Of a stretch of 64,000 nucleotides of DNA, positions 54,186 to 62,709 are shown in pieces. Made by a program: the position numbers and the translations under genes. The DNA is taken from assembly GCA_039588295.1 (NCBI GenBank), contig JBDHAB010000007.1, positions 96,001-160,000 of the forward strand, read 5' to 3'. This DNA comes from Gemmatimonadota bacterium. GTDB lineage: Bacteria; Gemmatimonadota; Gemmatimonadetes; Gemmatimonadales; GWC2-71-9. Below the pieces are notes generated by a model. It was not told the origin of the DNA and did not search any database. It saw only the letters and a list, made by a program, of their open reading frames with translations. The stretch's first letter is position 1. Each line of letters begins with the position of its first letter.

Positions 54186-55319
54186 ATGACGAGAAGGCGC
54201 AATCACCGGATCACGACGATTTGGGTTCGAGCCGTCCTGGCTATCACAGTCGCCGTAGGGGGTAGCTGGACGCTGAGCGGCTGCGCGCAATCCGACGGTG
54301 GCGAAGCGCGCGCCGAGCAGCCGGGACACGACCCGGTAAGCGACGGCGCTCGCGTGGTCAACGTCGAGGTCGTGTCGGTGACCCCGACGTCGTTCGTGGA
54401 TTTCATACGAATCGTCGGGGAAGTTGAGGCGTTGAACGACATCACGATTTCGGCGGAGGAGGCGGGTCCGATTGTCCGCTTCGCCGCGACCAAGGGTGCG
54501 TGGCTGGCCCAAGGGGCGTTGATCGCCAAGATCGACGACGCCGTGTTACGGGCGCAGGTAGCCGAGGCACGCGCACTCGCGGAGCTGGCGGAGGAACAGT
54601 TCGAGCGTCAGCGGCGCCTTTGGGAAGAGGAGCAGATCGGAAGCGAGATCGTCTACCTCCAGCTGAAGTCGAGCGCCGAAGCGGCGAGGGCGAGGCTCAC
54701 GACCCTGGAAGAGCGGCTTGCCCGGACGGAGGTCCGTGCTCCGGTCGCCGGCATCTTCGATGAGAAGTTCGTTGAGATCGGTGAGATGGTGGCCGCGGGT
54801 ACGCCAGTGGCTCGGGTGGTCTCCACCCGTCGGGTGAAGGTTGTTGGCGGGATTCCCGAACGGTTTGCCCTGGATGTGCAGCACGGGGATAGCGCCGTCC
54901 TTACGTTCGACATACTGCCGGGCCGTCAGCTCACCGGAACCATCGGGTTCGTGGGGACCATGGTCAATGCCGATAACCGCACCATTCCCATTGAGATCGT
55001 GCTCGCCAATCCACAGCGACAGATCAAGCCCCGGATGTTGGCCAACGTGCAGGTGGAGCGGGCGCGTCTCGATAGCGTGTTCGTCGTACCGCAAGACGTG
55101 GTGCAGCGCACGGAAGACGGATATCAAGTCTTCGTGGCGGGCGATCGCGACGGACTTCCGATCGCGATCGCCCGCGGGGTCACACTGGGGCCCTCGTATG
55201 CCAATCAGGTCGTCATTGAGTCAGGTCTTGCGAGGGGGGATCGACTCATTACCAGTGGCCAGGGACTTGTCGATGACGGGACGTTCATCCGTATCGTGCA
55301 GACAGGGGAGGAAGGATGA
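54186..55319 (+). CDS. RND efflux membrane fusion protein (periplasmic adaptor)
   Basis: Lipoprotein-like LSGC; GEVEA..ISAEEAGPI, VRAPVAG and VVIESGLARGD. Confidence 0.9.
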   Translation: MTRRRNHRITTIWVRAVLAITVAVGGSWTLSGCAQSDGGEARAEQPGHDPVSDGARVVNVEVVSVTPTSFVDFIRIVGEVEALNDITISAEEAGPIVRFAATKGAWLAQGALIAKIDDAVLRAQVAEARALAELAEEQFERQRRLWEEEQIGSEIVYLQLKSSAEAARARLTTLEERLARTEVRAPVAGIFDEKFVEIGEMVAAGTPVARVVSTRRVKVVGGIPERFALDVQHGDSAVLTFDILPGRQLTGTIGFVGTMVNADNRTIPIEIVLANPQRQIKPRMLANVQVERARLDSVFVVPQDVVQRTEDGYQVFVAGDRDGLPIAIARGVTLGPSYANQVVIESGLARGDRLITSGQGLVDDGTFIRIVQTGEEG

Positions 55320-58300
55320 GCGACCGCGACCGACCGGATCAGCACGGCGGTGAAGGCGGCAAGCGTCCCAGTGTGACGGGGTCGCACCGCAACCCTGGTG
55401 GTGGTTCCGGAGCCGTGAAGAGCAGCGGACCGGTGAGCTCGGGTGGCTCGGGAGCCGACCCGCGTCACAAGCGACGGTTCAAGGAGTTCCGCCTCACATC
55501 GTTCGCGATCGATCACCCCACGAGTGTGATCGTCCTGATGGTGATTCTGATTGTGCTGGGGCTCCGATCGTACATAGCTGTGCCCAAAGAGTCGATGCCG
55601 GAGATCGTGATCCCAAACATCATCGTCAACACGATCTACCCAGGCGTCGCACCGGGCGATATCGAGACGCTCATCACGCGACCCATCGAAGACGAACTCA
55701 ACACGATCGCGGACGTGAAAGAGATCATGTCCACCTCCATCGAGGGTCTCTCGAGCATCAACGTCGAGTTCGAGGCCGGGATGGACATGAACGAAGCGCT
55801 GCAGCGGGTGCGTGAGAAGGTGGACATCGCGAAGACGGAGCTTCCTCCTGCGGCCGAAGAACCGGGCGTGTTCGAGATCAACCTCTCGGAGTTCCCCATC
55901 ATGCAGGTGAACATCGCGGGACCGTACAGTCTCGTGCGGCTCCGTGATGTTGCCGAGGATCTGCAGGATCGCCTCGAGCAGATTTCCAGCGTATTGGAGG
56001 TGCGTCTCGCGGGCGGGCTCGAGCGGGAAGTGCAGGTCGACGTCGACCTGGCAAAGCTCAAGTTCTACGACGTCGCCTTCGATGACGTGATCGAGGCGGT
56101 GCAGAACGAGAACGTGACGGTGCCGGGTGGAACGATAGACGTTGGTGACCTGAAGTACCTGGTGCGAATTCCCGGTGAGTTCGCGCAGACAGCCTTGATC
56201 GCCGACATCGTCGTGACGACCCGCGGCGGGCGGCCGATCTACATACGCGACGTCGCCACCGTGGACTTTGGCTTCAAGGATCGCGACACCTATGCACGGT
56301 TGGATGGCAACTCGGTGATCTCGCTCGCCGTCGTCAAGCGCACTGGCGAGAACATCATCGAGACGGCGCAGGCCGTGGAGGGCGTCATTCGAGACGTCGA
56401 GCCGAACCTACCGCCGGGGACGGTCATCAAGATCACGTCCGATCAATCGGAAGAGATCGAGGAAATGGTGAGCAGTCTGGAGAACAATATCATCTCCGGA
56501 CTCATCCTGGTTGTGGCGGTGCTCGTGTTCGTATTGGGAGTGCGCACCGCTCCGTTCGTCGGGCTCGCCATCCCGTTGTCGATGCTCGTGTCGTTCAGCA
56601 TCATGCAAATCATCGGCTTCTCGATGAACATGGTGGTGCTGTTCAGCCTCATTCTCGCCTTGGGGATGCTGGTCGATAACGCGATCGTCGTCGTTGAGAA
56701 CATCTATCGGTTCCGAGAACGGCGGTTCGATCGTGTGCGTGCCGCCAAGTATGCCACGGCCGAGGTCGCAGTTCCGATCATCGCCTCAACGGCCACTACA
56801 CTGGCGGCGTTCTTGCCCTTGGTGTTTTGGCCGGGGATCGTCGGCGAGTTCATGAAGTTCTTGCCGCTCACGTTGATCATCACCTTGAGCTCCTCGCTGT
56901 TTGTCGCGCTGGTGATCTTGCCCACCCTGGCGTCGAAGATGCTCGATACGGAAGACGCACGGGTGGGAATGCCACCCCGGCTTCGTCAGCTGCTGCTGGT
57001 TGTTACGGTGCTGCTGGTGCTCATCATGGTGGCGATCAACTGGCTCACGGCGGTCTTGCTGATTGCCACGGGGGTCTTTGCTTACACGTTTCACCACTTC
57101 CTCGGACACCCCGCCGGGCACTTGCTCATGACCAAGGGTATTCCGGCGGTGATTGCGCGCTACCAAGTGGTGCTGCGGTGGGCGTTGGGACACCGGGTGC
57201 GGATGGTGGTGGGCTCGGTGGCCGCGCTGGTGCTGTCGGTTCTCGTATTTCAGGTGTTCAACGCGGGCGTCGAATACTTCCCGGAGAACGTTCCGCCGAG
57301 CACGGTCTACGTGCAGACCGAAGCGCCACTGGCCACTCGGGTAGAGGAGACGGATCGGATTGCCCTGGGAATCGAGTCCCAACTGGTCGTGCTCGACGGA
57401 AGGCAGGATTTCGAGTCGGTCGTGTCTACGGTTGGGTCGAGGATGACGGCCGGGTTCGGGGGCGGAACGGGAACGCATCTCGCGACGGTCGCCGTCACCT
57501 TCGTGGATTACCAGGATCGACAGGGTGATGTCTTCGAAACGCTCGAGCAAGTCCAGACTTCGGTTGGAAAGGACATCGCGGGGGCCGATATCTCAGTCGA
57601 GCAGCCAAACATGGGTCCCCCAACCGGTCAGGCGGTCCAGATCGAGATCACTGGAGAGGATCCGGCCACGCTCAAGCAACTCGGGGACGAAGTCGTTCGC
57701 CGGCTCGAGCGCTCACAGATTTTCGCCAAGCTGGATGGGCTCGAGAGCGATATGGAGGAGGGCCGGCCGGAGCTCGTGATCGACGTCGACCGAGAGAAAG
57801 CCGCGCTCTACAGTTTGAGCACGTGGAAGATCGGATCGACGATCCGAAGCGCAATTAACGGGACGGAAGCCTCGACGTATCGAGACGGCAAGGACGAGTA
57901 CGACATCACCGTCCGCCTCGCCAAGCCGTACCGCCAGGATCTCAACTCACTCGCCGATCTGACCGTGTCGGGGGACTTCGGCCAGATTCCGCTTTCGTCC
58001 GTGGCCACCTGGCGCATCGACAAGGGGTTCGGCGACGTGAACCGCAAGGATCTGGATCGGGTCGTCACCGTGAGCTCAGATGTACGGGCCGGCTACAACG
58101 CGAATGCCGTGCTTGGCGAGGTGCGGCAGGAGCTCGCGCCATTCGTCGCCGACCTGCCGAGTGGATACAGGTTGCGCTATTCCGGACAACAGGAGGAACA
58201 GGAGGAGGATCAGGCCTTCCTCGCGGGCGCGTTCGTGCTGGCGGTATTCCTGATGGGGTTCATCTTGATCTCGCAGTTCGACTCCGTTACGAAGCCGCTC

Positions 58301-58876
58301 ATCATTCTGAGCTCGGTGGTGCTCTCCACGATCGGGGTACTGATCGGCCTGATGGTGTTCCGCATGCCCTTCGGCATCATCATGACGGGAGTGGGGGTGA
58401 TCAGCCTCGCGGGCGTGGTCGTCAACAACGCGATCGTCTTGCTCGACTACATCGATATCCTCCGCACGAGGGACGGGTTGGAGCGACGCGAGGCGATCGT
58501 GCGGGCGGGCATGACACGGTTCCGGCCCGTCATCCTGACGGCCGTCACTACGGTGCTCGGGCTCGTGCCACTGGCGATCGGGCTGAATATCGATTTTCTG
58601 GGATTCTACGGGCGCCTCGATCCCAATTTCTTCTGGGGTGGTGAGCAAGCGGCGTGGTGGGGCCCCATGGCGATCGCCGTCATTGCCGGTCTGACCTTCG
58701 CGACGTTCCTCACGCTGGTCTTGGTGCCGGTGATGTACTCGCTGCTCGACGATTTCGACGTCTTTGTCAAGCGGAACTTCTCGCGGCCGCAGGAGGAAGA
58801 AGCGACCCTCGCATCGGGGATCTTCAGAACGCTCCCAGGCGACTCGCAGCCGTCAGCGAAGCCACTCTCCGTATAA
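55316..58876 (+). CDS. RND efflux permease (AcrB/AcrD/AcrF family)
   Basis: GMLVDNAIVVVEN, GEFMKFLP, GVVVNNAIVL and RFRPVILTAVTTVLGLVPL. Confidence 0.95.
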   Translation: MSDRDRPDQHGGEGGKRPSVTGSHRNPGGGSGAVKSSGPVSSGGSGADPRHKRRFKEFRLTSFAIDHPTSVIVLMVILIVLGLRSYIAVPKESMPEIVIPNIIVNTIYPGVAPGDIETLITRPIEDELNTIADVKEIMSTSIEGLSSINVEFEAGMDMNEALQRVREKVDIAKTELPPAAEEPGVFEINLSEFPIMQVNIAGPYSLVRLRDVAEDLQDRLEQISSVLEVRLAGGLEREVQVDVDLAKLKFYDVAFDDVIEAVQNENVTVPGGTIDVGDLKYLVRIPGEFAQTALIADIVVTTRGGRPIYIRDVATVDFGFKDRDTYARLDGNSVISLAVVKRTGENIIETAQAVEGVIRDVEPNLPPGTVIKITSDQSEEIEEMVSSLENNIISGLILVVAVLVFVLGVRTAPFVGLAIPLSMLVSFSIMQIIGFSMNMVVLFSLILALGMLVDNAIVVVENIYRFRERRFDRVRAAKYATAEVAVPIIASTATTLAAFLPLVFWPGIVGEFMKFLPLTLIITLSSSLFVALVILPTLASKMLDTEDARVGMPPRLRQLLLVVTVLLVLIMVAINWLTAVLLIATGVFAYTFHHFLGHPAGHLLMTKGIPAVIARYQVVLRWALGHRVRMVVGSVAALVLSVLVFQVFNAGVEYFPENVPPSTVYVQTEAPLATRVEETDRIALGIESQLVVLDGRQDFESVVSTVGSRMTAGFGGGTGTHLATVAVTFVDYQDRQGDVFETLEQVQTSVGKDIAGADISVEQPNMGPPTGQAVQIEITGEDPATLKQLGDEVVRRLERSQIFAKLDGLESDMEEGRPELVIDVDREKAALYSLSTWKIGSTIRSAINGTEASTYRDGKDEYDITVRLAKPYRQDLNSLADLTVSGDFGQIPLSSVATWRIDKGFGDVNRKDLDRVVTVSSDVRAGYNANAVLGEVRQELAPFVADLPSGYRLRYSGQQEEQEEDQAFLAGAFVLAVFLMGFILISQFDSVTKPLIILSSVVLSTIGVLIGLMVFRMPFGIIMTGVGVISLAGVVVNNAIVLLDYIDILRTRDGLERREAIVRAGMTRFRPVILTAVTTVLGLVPLAIGLNIDFLGFYGRLDPNFFWGGEQAAWWGPMAIAVIAGLTFATFLTLVLVPVMYSLLDDFDVFVKRNFSRPQEEEATLASGIFRTLPGDSQPSAKPLSV

Positions 58877-59677
58877 CTCGGGGCGGCGGTCATTCCAGAA
58901 GAGCGTGCGCGCCGGCGAGGTGGCGCACGCCGCGAGATCGAGGTCGGCGATCATGAGGTCATCCTCCAGTCGCCGACCTCGTGCGATGATGCGGCCGGTC
59001 GGATCGGTGACGAACGACTCGCCGGCGAACGTCAGCTGGTCCTCCTGGCCCACGCGATTGCACAGCGCCGTGAAATAGCCGTTCTGGAAGGCTGCCGTTC
59101 GTACCTCCGCCTCGTACATCCCTTCGGGCCATTCGTCCACCGCGCCCGCCTGCGGGATCACCACCAGTTCCGCTCCCCCGACGCCGAGCGCCCGCATGTA
59201 CTCGGGATAGTGCCGGTCGTAGCAAATAGCGACGCCGATGCGCCCGACTCGCGTCTGGTACACGGGTGCGCCTCGGTTGCCCTCCGCGTAGTACGCCCGC
59301 TCGTGGAACCACGCGTAGTCGGTGATGTGCACCATTCGGGTGATGCCGAGGAGCGTCCCATCGGCGTCGAACACCGGTGAGCTGTCGTAGAATCGCCCGT
59401 TTGCCTTCTCGTACATGTTGAAGATGGTGACGAGGCCCAACGCGCCAGCCTTGTGTGCGATACGCTTCGTCGTGGGACCGGGAATCGGCTCGGCCAGGCT
59501 GGTCGCTCCGTCGAAGGCCTTGTGCTGGGGGAAGAAGCGAGTCAGTGCCAGCTCCGGAACGCACAACAGCTCTGCGCCAAGATCGCGTGCCTGCTCCATG
59601 GATGCGAGCAACCCCTCGAGGTTTGCGCGAACGTCCGGTCCGGCCGCCCGCTGTGCCAAGGCAATTCGCAATGTCAT
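58853..59677 (-). CDS. Carbon-nitrogen hydrolase (nitrilase superfamily, N-carbamoylputrescine amidase/beta-ureidopropionase-like)
   Basis: VPELAL (Glu), AICYDRHYPE (Cys), NRVGQE and FAGESFVTDP. The catalytic Lys position reads RMVHI. Confidence 0.88.
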   Translation of the reverse strand: MTLRIALAQRAAGPDVRANLEGLLASMEQARDLGAELLCVPELALTRFFPQHKAFDGATSLAEPIPGPTTKRIAHKAGALGLVTIFNMYEKANGRFYDSSPVFDADGTLLGITRMVHITDYAWFHERAYYAEGNRGAPVYQTRVGRIGVAICYDRHYPEYMRALGVGGAELVVIPQAGAVDEWPEGMYEAEVRTAAFQNGYFTALCNRVGQEDQLTFAGESFVTDPTGRIIARGRRLEDDLMIADLDLAACATSPARTLFWNDRRPELYGEWLR

Positions 59678-59714
59678 TGGACGTCTCCGCTCTCGGGTCG
59701 AAGATGCTCCGTTC

Positions 59715-60785
59715 CTACAGTTCGCGCACGGTCTCGAGAAATCGGCGCGCAACCTCGACCGGTTCAAACGCCGTCACGCGCGGCGGTCCGTTGCTTCCCA
59801 TCCTCCGCATCGTATCCGGGTCGACGAGAAGCGAGCGCAGTGCCTGGGTGAGCGCCGCCTCGTCCCCCGGCGGTACGAGGAGGCCGTTCACTCCGTCGTC
59901 AATCAGCTCCTCGGCCGCTGTCCCGCGACACGCGACAACCGGTTTGGCCGTCGCCATCGCTTCGAGGAAGACCAGTCCGAAGCCCTCCTGCAGGCTCGGG
60001 AGGCAGAACAGGTCGGTTGCAGCATAGGTCTCCACCAATCGCTCGTAGGGCAGAGGACCAGTGAACTGTACGCTGTTCCCAAGCCCCAGCGATTGCGCGA
60101 GTTGCTCCAGCCGGCGGCGTTCGGGTCCGTCGCCCACGAGCACGACCTTCAACTGGGGAAGCGCGCGACGCACCGCGACCGTTGCACGCAGCAGGGACGC
60201 GAGGTTCTTGCGCGGGTACATGTGCGCGACCGACAGGACCGTCGGTCCGGCGCGGTTCCCATCGTGCCCGACGGTGCGGAGGGTCTCGTTCCATCGCGTG
60301 GCCTCGAATGCCGGTGGAACGACGCGGATGTGATCGAATGACAGGCCGTAGGTCGCAGCAATCCGGCGCCGGCTGTAGCCACTGACCGTCAGGACGAGGT
60401 CCGCTCGGTGGGCGCTGCGACGCTCCGCCCACGCCTGCAGCCGCATCGATGCGGCCACGGCACCACGCTCGAACCTCGCCTCATCAGCGAGCTGGCCATG
60501 GATGTAGGCAACGAACGGTCTCGTGAGCCGTCCTGCCAAGGTGTACCCATCCATGTCCCAGCCGACGGTCATGTCGCTGTCCTGCACGACACCGGGATGC
60601 AGGCCGCGGTTGAAGCGGAATCGGTGCACCGTGTAGCCGAGCCAACGAGGGGAGTGCTGCGGATGAATCAGCCGTACGTCGTGTCCGAGTGCTCGCAGAC
60701 CCCGGCTCAATGCCGCTGAGGCCACGTACGTGCCGCTCCCCCCGTGTACGGTCTGCGGCGTCGCCGAAATCATGGTTATCCGCAC
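59715..60785 (-). CDS. Glycosyltransferase family 4
   Basis: HGGSG, YPRKN, VGDGPER and PSLQEGFGLVFLEAMA. Confidence 0.92.
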   Translation of the reverse strand: MRITMISATPQTVHGGSGTYVASAALSRGLRALGHDVRLIHPQHSPRWLGYTVHRFRFNRGLHPGVVQDSDMTVGWDMDGYTLAGRLTRPFVAYIHGQLADEARFERGAVAASMRLQAWAERRSAHRADLVLTVSGYSRRRIAATYGLSFDHIRVVPPAFEATRWNETLRTVGHDGNRAGPTVLSVAHMYPRKNLASLLRATVAVRRALPQLKVVLVGDGPERRRLEQLAQSLGLGNSVQFTGPLPYERLVETYAATDLFCLPSLQEGFGLVFLEAMATAKPVVACRGTAAEELIDDGVNGLLVPPGDEAALTQALRSLLVDPDTMRRMGSNGPPRVTAFEPVEVARRFLETVREL

Positions 60786-60793
60786 GATCGGAG

Positions 60794-62566
60794 CTACGCG
60801 GGGTCAGACCCCGTGCGAAACAGTCCGCGGAACGGGTTCCACGCCGGCCGAGTCGCCTGTCGCAGTGCGTGGGCATAGGCTTCGGCCGAGTCGAATCGAT
60901 TCTCGGGGTGGCGGGCGGCCCCCTTCTGCAGAACGCCCAGCACCGCCTCCGGGACGCGACGGTGGAGTCGATCGAGTTCTGGCAGCCGGCCGATCGTGCG
61001 TTGCGCCAAGATGGCTTCCACACGGGCACTCCCGAACGGCAGCTGCCCCGTGAGCATGTAGAAGGCGACGAGTGAGAGTGAGTACAGGTCGGCACGATGA
61101 TCGACCGGCTCACCGAGGAGCTGCTCGGGGGCCGCGAAGTCCGGCGTGCCGGAATGCGAAATGACCCCCGTGCGCTCCGATGGCTGGAGCGCCAGCGCGA
61201 GTCCGAAATCGGCGACGCGGACGGTTCCGGTGGCTCCGTCGATCAGGATGTTCTCCGGCTTGAGATCGCGGTGCACGACGCCACGCTGGTGCGCGTAGCG
61301 TAGCGCCGCGAGCGCGTCATGGAGGATGCGCACCACGTGATCCGCCGACTGAGGTCCCTCGGCCCGTACCACTCGGCCAAGGTCGTGCCCCCGGACGTAC
61401 TCCATCGTATACCAAAGGAGCCCGGCTCGACCACCGATGTCGTACGTGTTTGCGATGTTCTGATGGAGGAGCTGCGCCGCGACGCGTGCCTCGCGTCGGA
61501 ATCGCTCGACCACTGCCGGATCGGCGGTGAGATAGGGATGCAGTACCTTGAGGGCGACCTCCCGCTCCAGCGCGAGATCCCGCACGCGGTACACGCGGCC
61601 AAACGCGCCCGATCCGAGTTCCTCGAGCAGCTCGTAGTCGTCACCCATCGCGCGGCGGAGACGCTTCTCCCATGCGCCGGCATCCTCTGGCACGCCCCCG
61701 TGTTCTGCCACCAGCGGTCGTTCCAGCTCGTGGTCGCCGAGTTCGGAGCGGAGGTCGTCCCACAGCTCGGCCGCGGTGAGGTAGCGGGCGGACGGGTCGG
61801 CCTGGAGGCCCCGAGTAATGATCCGGTCGAGGCTTGCCGGACAGGCCTCCCGGTGCGCACGCGGGGGCGAGATACGCTGCGGCTCGGCGTGGGGAGCGAT
61901 GCCGGTCGTGGCGAAATAGAGGAGCGCGGCGGCCGAGTAGATGTCGCTTCCCGGCTCCCCGACCGCGCCGCCTCTCGCTTCGGGAGCGATGAAGGGGGCC
62001 ACGTCCGACTCGTCGGGACGCGCGGCGACATCCGTCAGGATGTTCGCGTACCGCAAATCCGTCACGACGATCCGCTCGGTGCTGTCGATCATCACGGTCG
62101 CCGGAACGAGGCGACGAATCACAATGTGCTGCGAGTGCACGTATTCCAGCAGCCCGGCCAGACTGCGGGCGAGTTGGAGCACTGTCGGAATGGGCCGCGG
62201 ACCGCGGGCGACGGCGTCGGCGAGACTCTCGCCGTCAACCCATCGCACGACCCGGAACGCCCAATCGCCGCGATAGCCGGCAGCGTGCACGGTTCGCAGG
62301 ACGCGATGATCCAGAACGGCGAGCAGCTCCGTCTCGCGCTCGAACCATGAGCGGAGGGACGTCTCCGGCTGGAGATGAACCCGCAGGGCAACGCGGCGCT
62401 TGAGCACCCGGTCTCGGACGACGAACAGGGCGCGTTCCGGCGACGCCGCAACGAGTTCGAGGATCTCGAACTCCGTGCCGAACCGTTCCTCGGCACTCCC
62501 AAATAACGCCAGTTGGTCGACCTCGGTGGAGATCAAAGTGCGGGGCGGACCCGGTGGCTCGTTCAT
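60794..62566 (-). CDS. Ser/Thr protein kinase with an N-terminal pseudokinase domain
   Basis: C-terminal domain has LGSGAFG, VALK, HRDLKPEN, DFG and GTPDFAAPE. N-terminal domain is kinase-like but reads VALR, IRRLVPAT and DLR. Confidence 0.9.
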   Translation of the reverse strand: MNEPPGPPRTLISTEVDQLALFGSAEERFGTEFEILELVAASPERALFVVRDRVLKRRVALRVHLQPETSLRSWFERETELLAVLDHRVLRTVHAAGYRGDWAFRVVRWVDGESLADAVARGPRPIPTVLQLARSLAGLLEYVHSQHIVIRRLVPATVMIDSTERIVVTDLRYANILTDVAARPDESDVAPFIAPEARGGAVGEPGSDIYSAAALLYFATTGIAPHAEPQRISPPRAHREACPASLDRIITRGLQADPSARYLTAAELWDDLRSELGDHELERPLVAEHGGVPEDAGAWEKRLRRAMGDDYELLEELGSGAFGRVYRVRDLALEREVALKVLHPYLTADPAVVERFRREARVAAQLLHQNIANTYDIGGRAGLLWYTMEYVRGHDLGRVVRAEGPQSADHVVRILHDALAALRYAHQRGVVHRDLKPENILIDGATGTVRVADFGLALALQPSERTGVISHSGTPDFAAPEQLLGEPVDHRADLYSLSLVAFYMLTGQLPFGSARVEAILAQRTIGRLPELDRLHRRVPEAVLGVLQKGAARHPENRFDSAEAYAHALRQATRPAWNPFRGLFRTGSDPA

Positions 62567-62709
62567 GACTCGGAGAAAGATAATGGGCCGCGAAGTGATA
62601 ACCTCGACTCCACGATGGAGGGGCAATGCATCCGCGCCGTCCTCACCGGGGATCCATCAGGCGGGAGTCCGGTGGTGTGGCGGGTCCGAACGCCATAAGT
62701 TAGCGCAGC

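Noticed and set aside
56660..58450. RND proton-relay residues reading DN and NN rather than DD and K
   Set aside because: To my knowledge this is a common variant in many AcrB-family subgroups, not evidence of inactivation.
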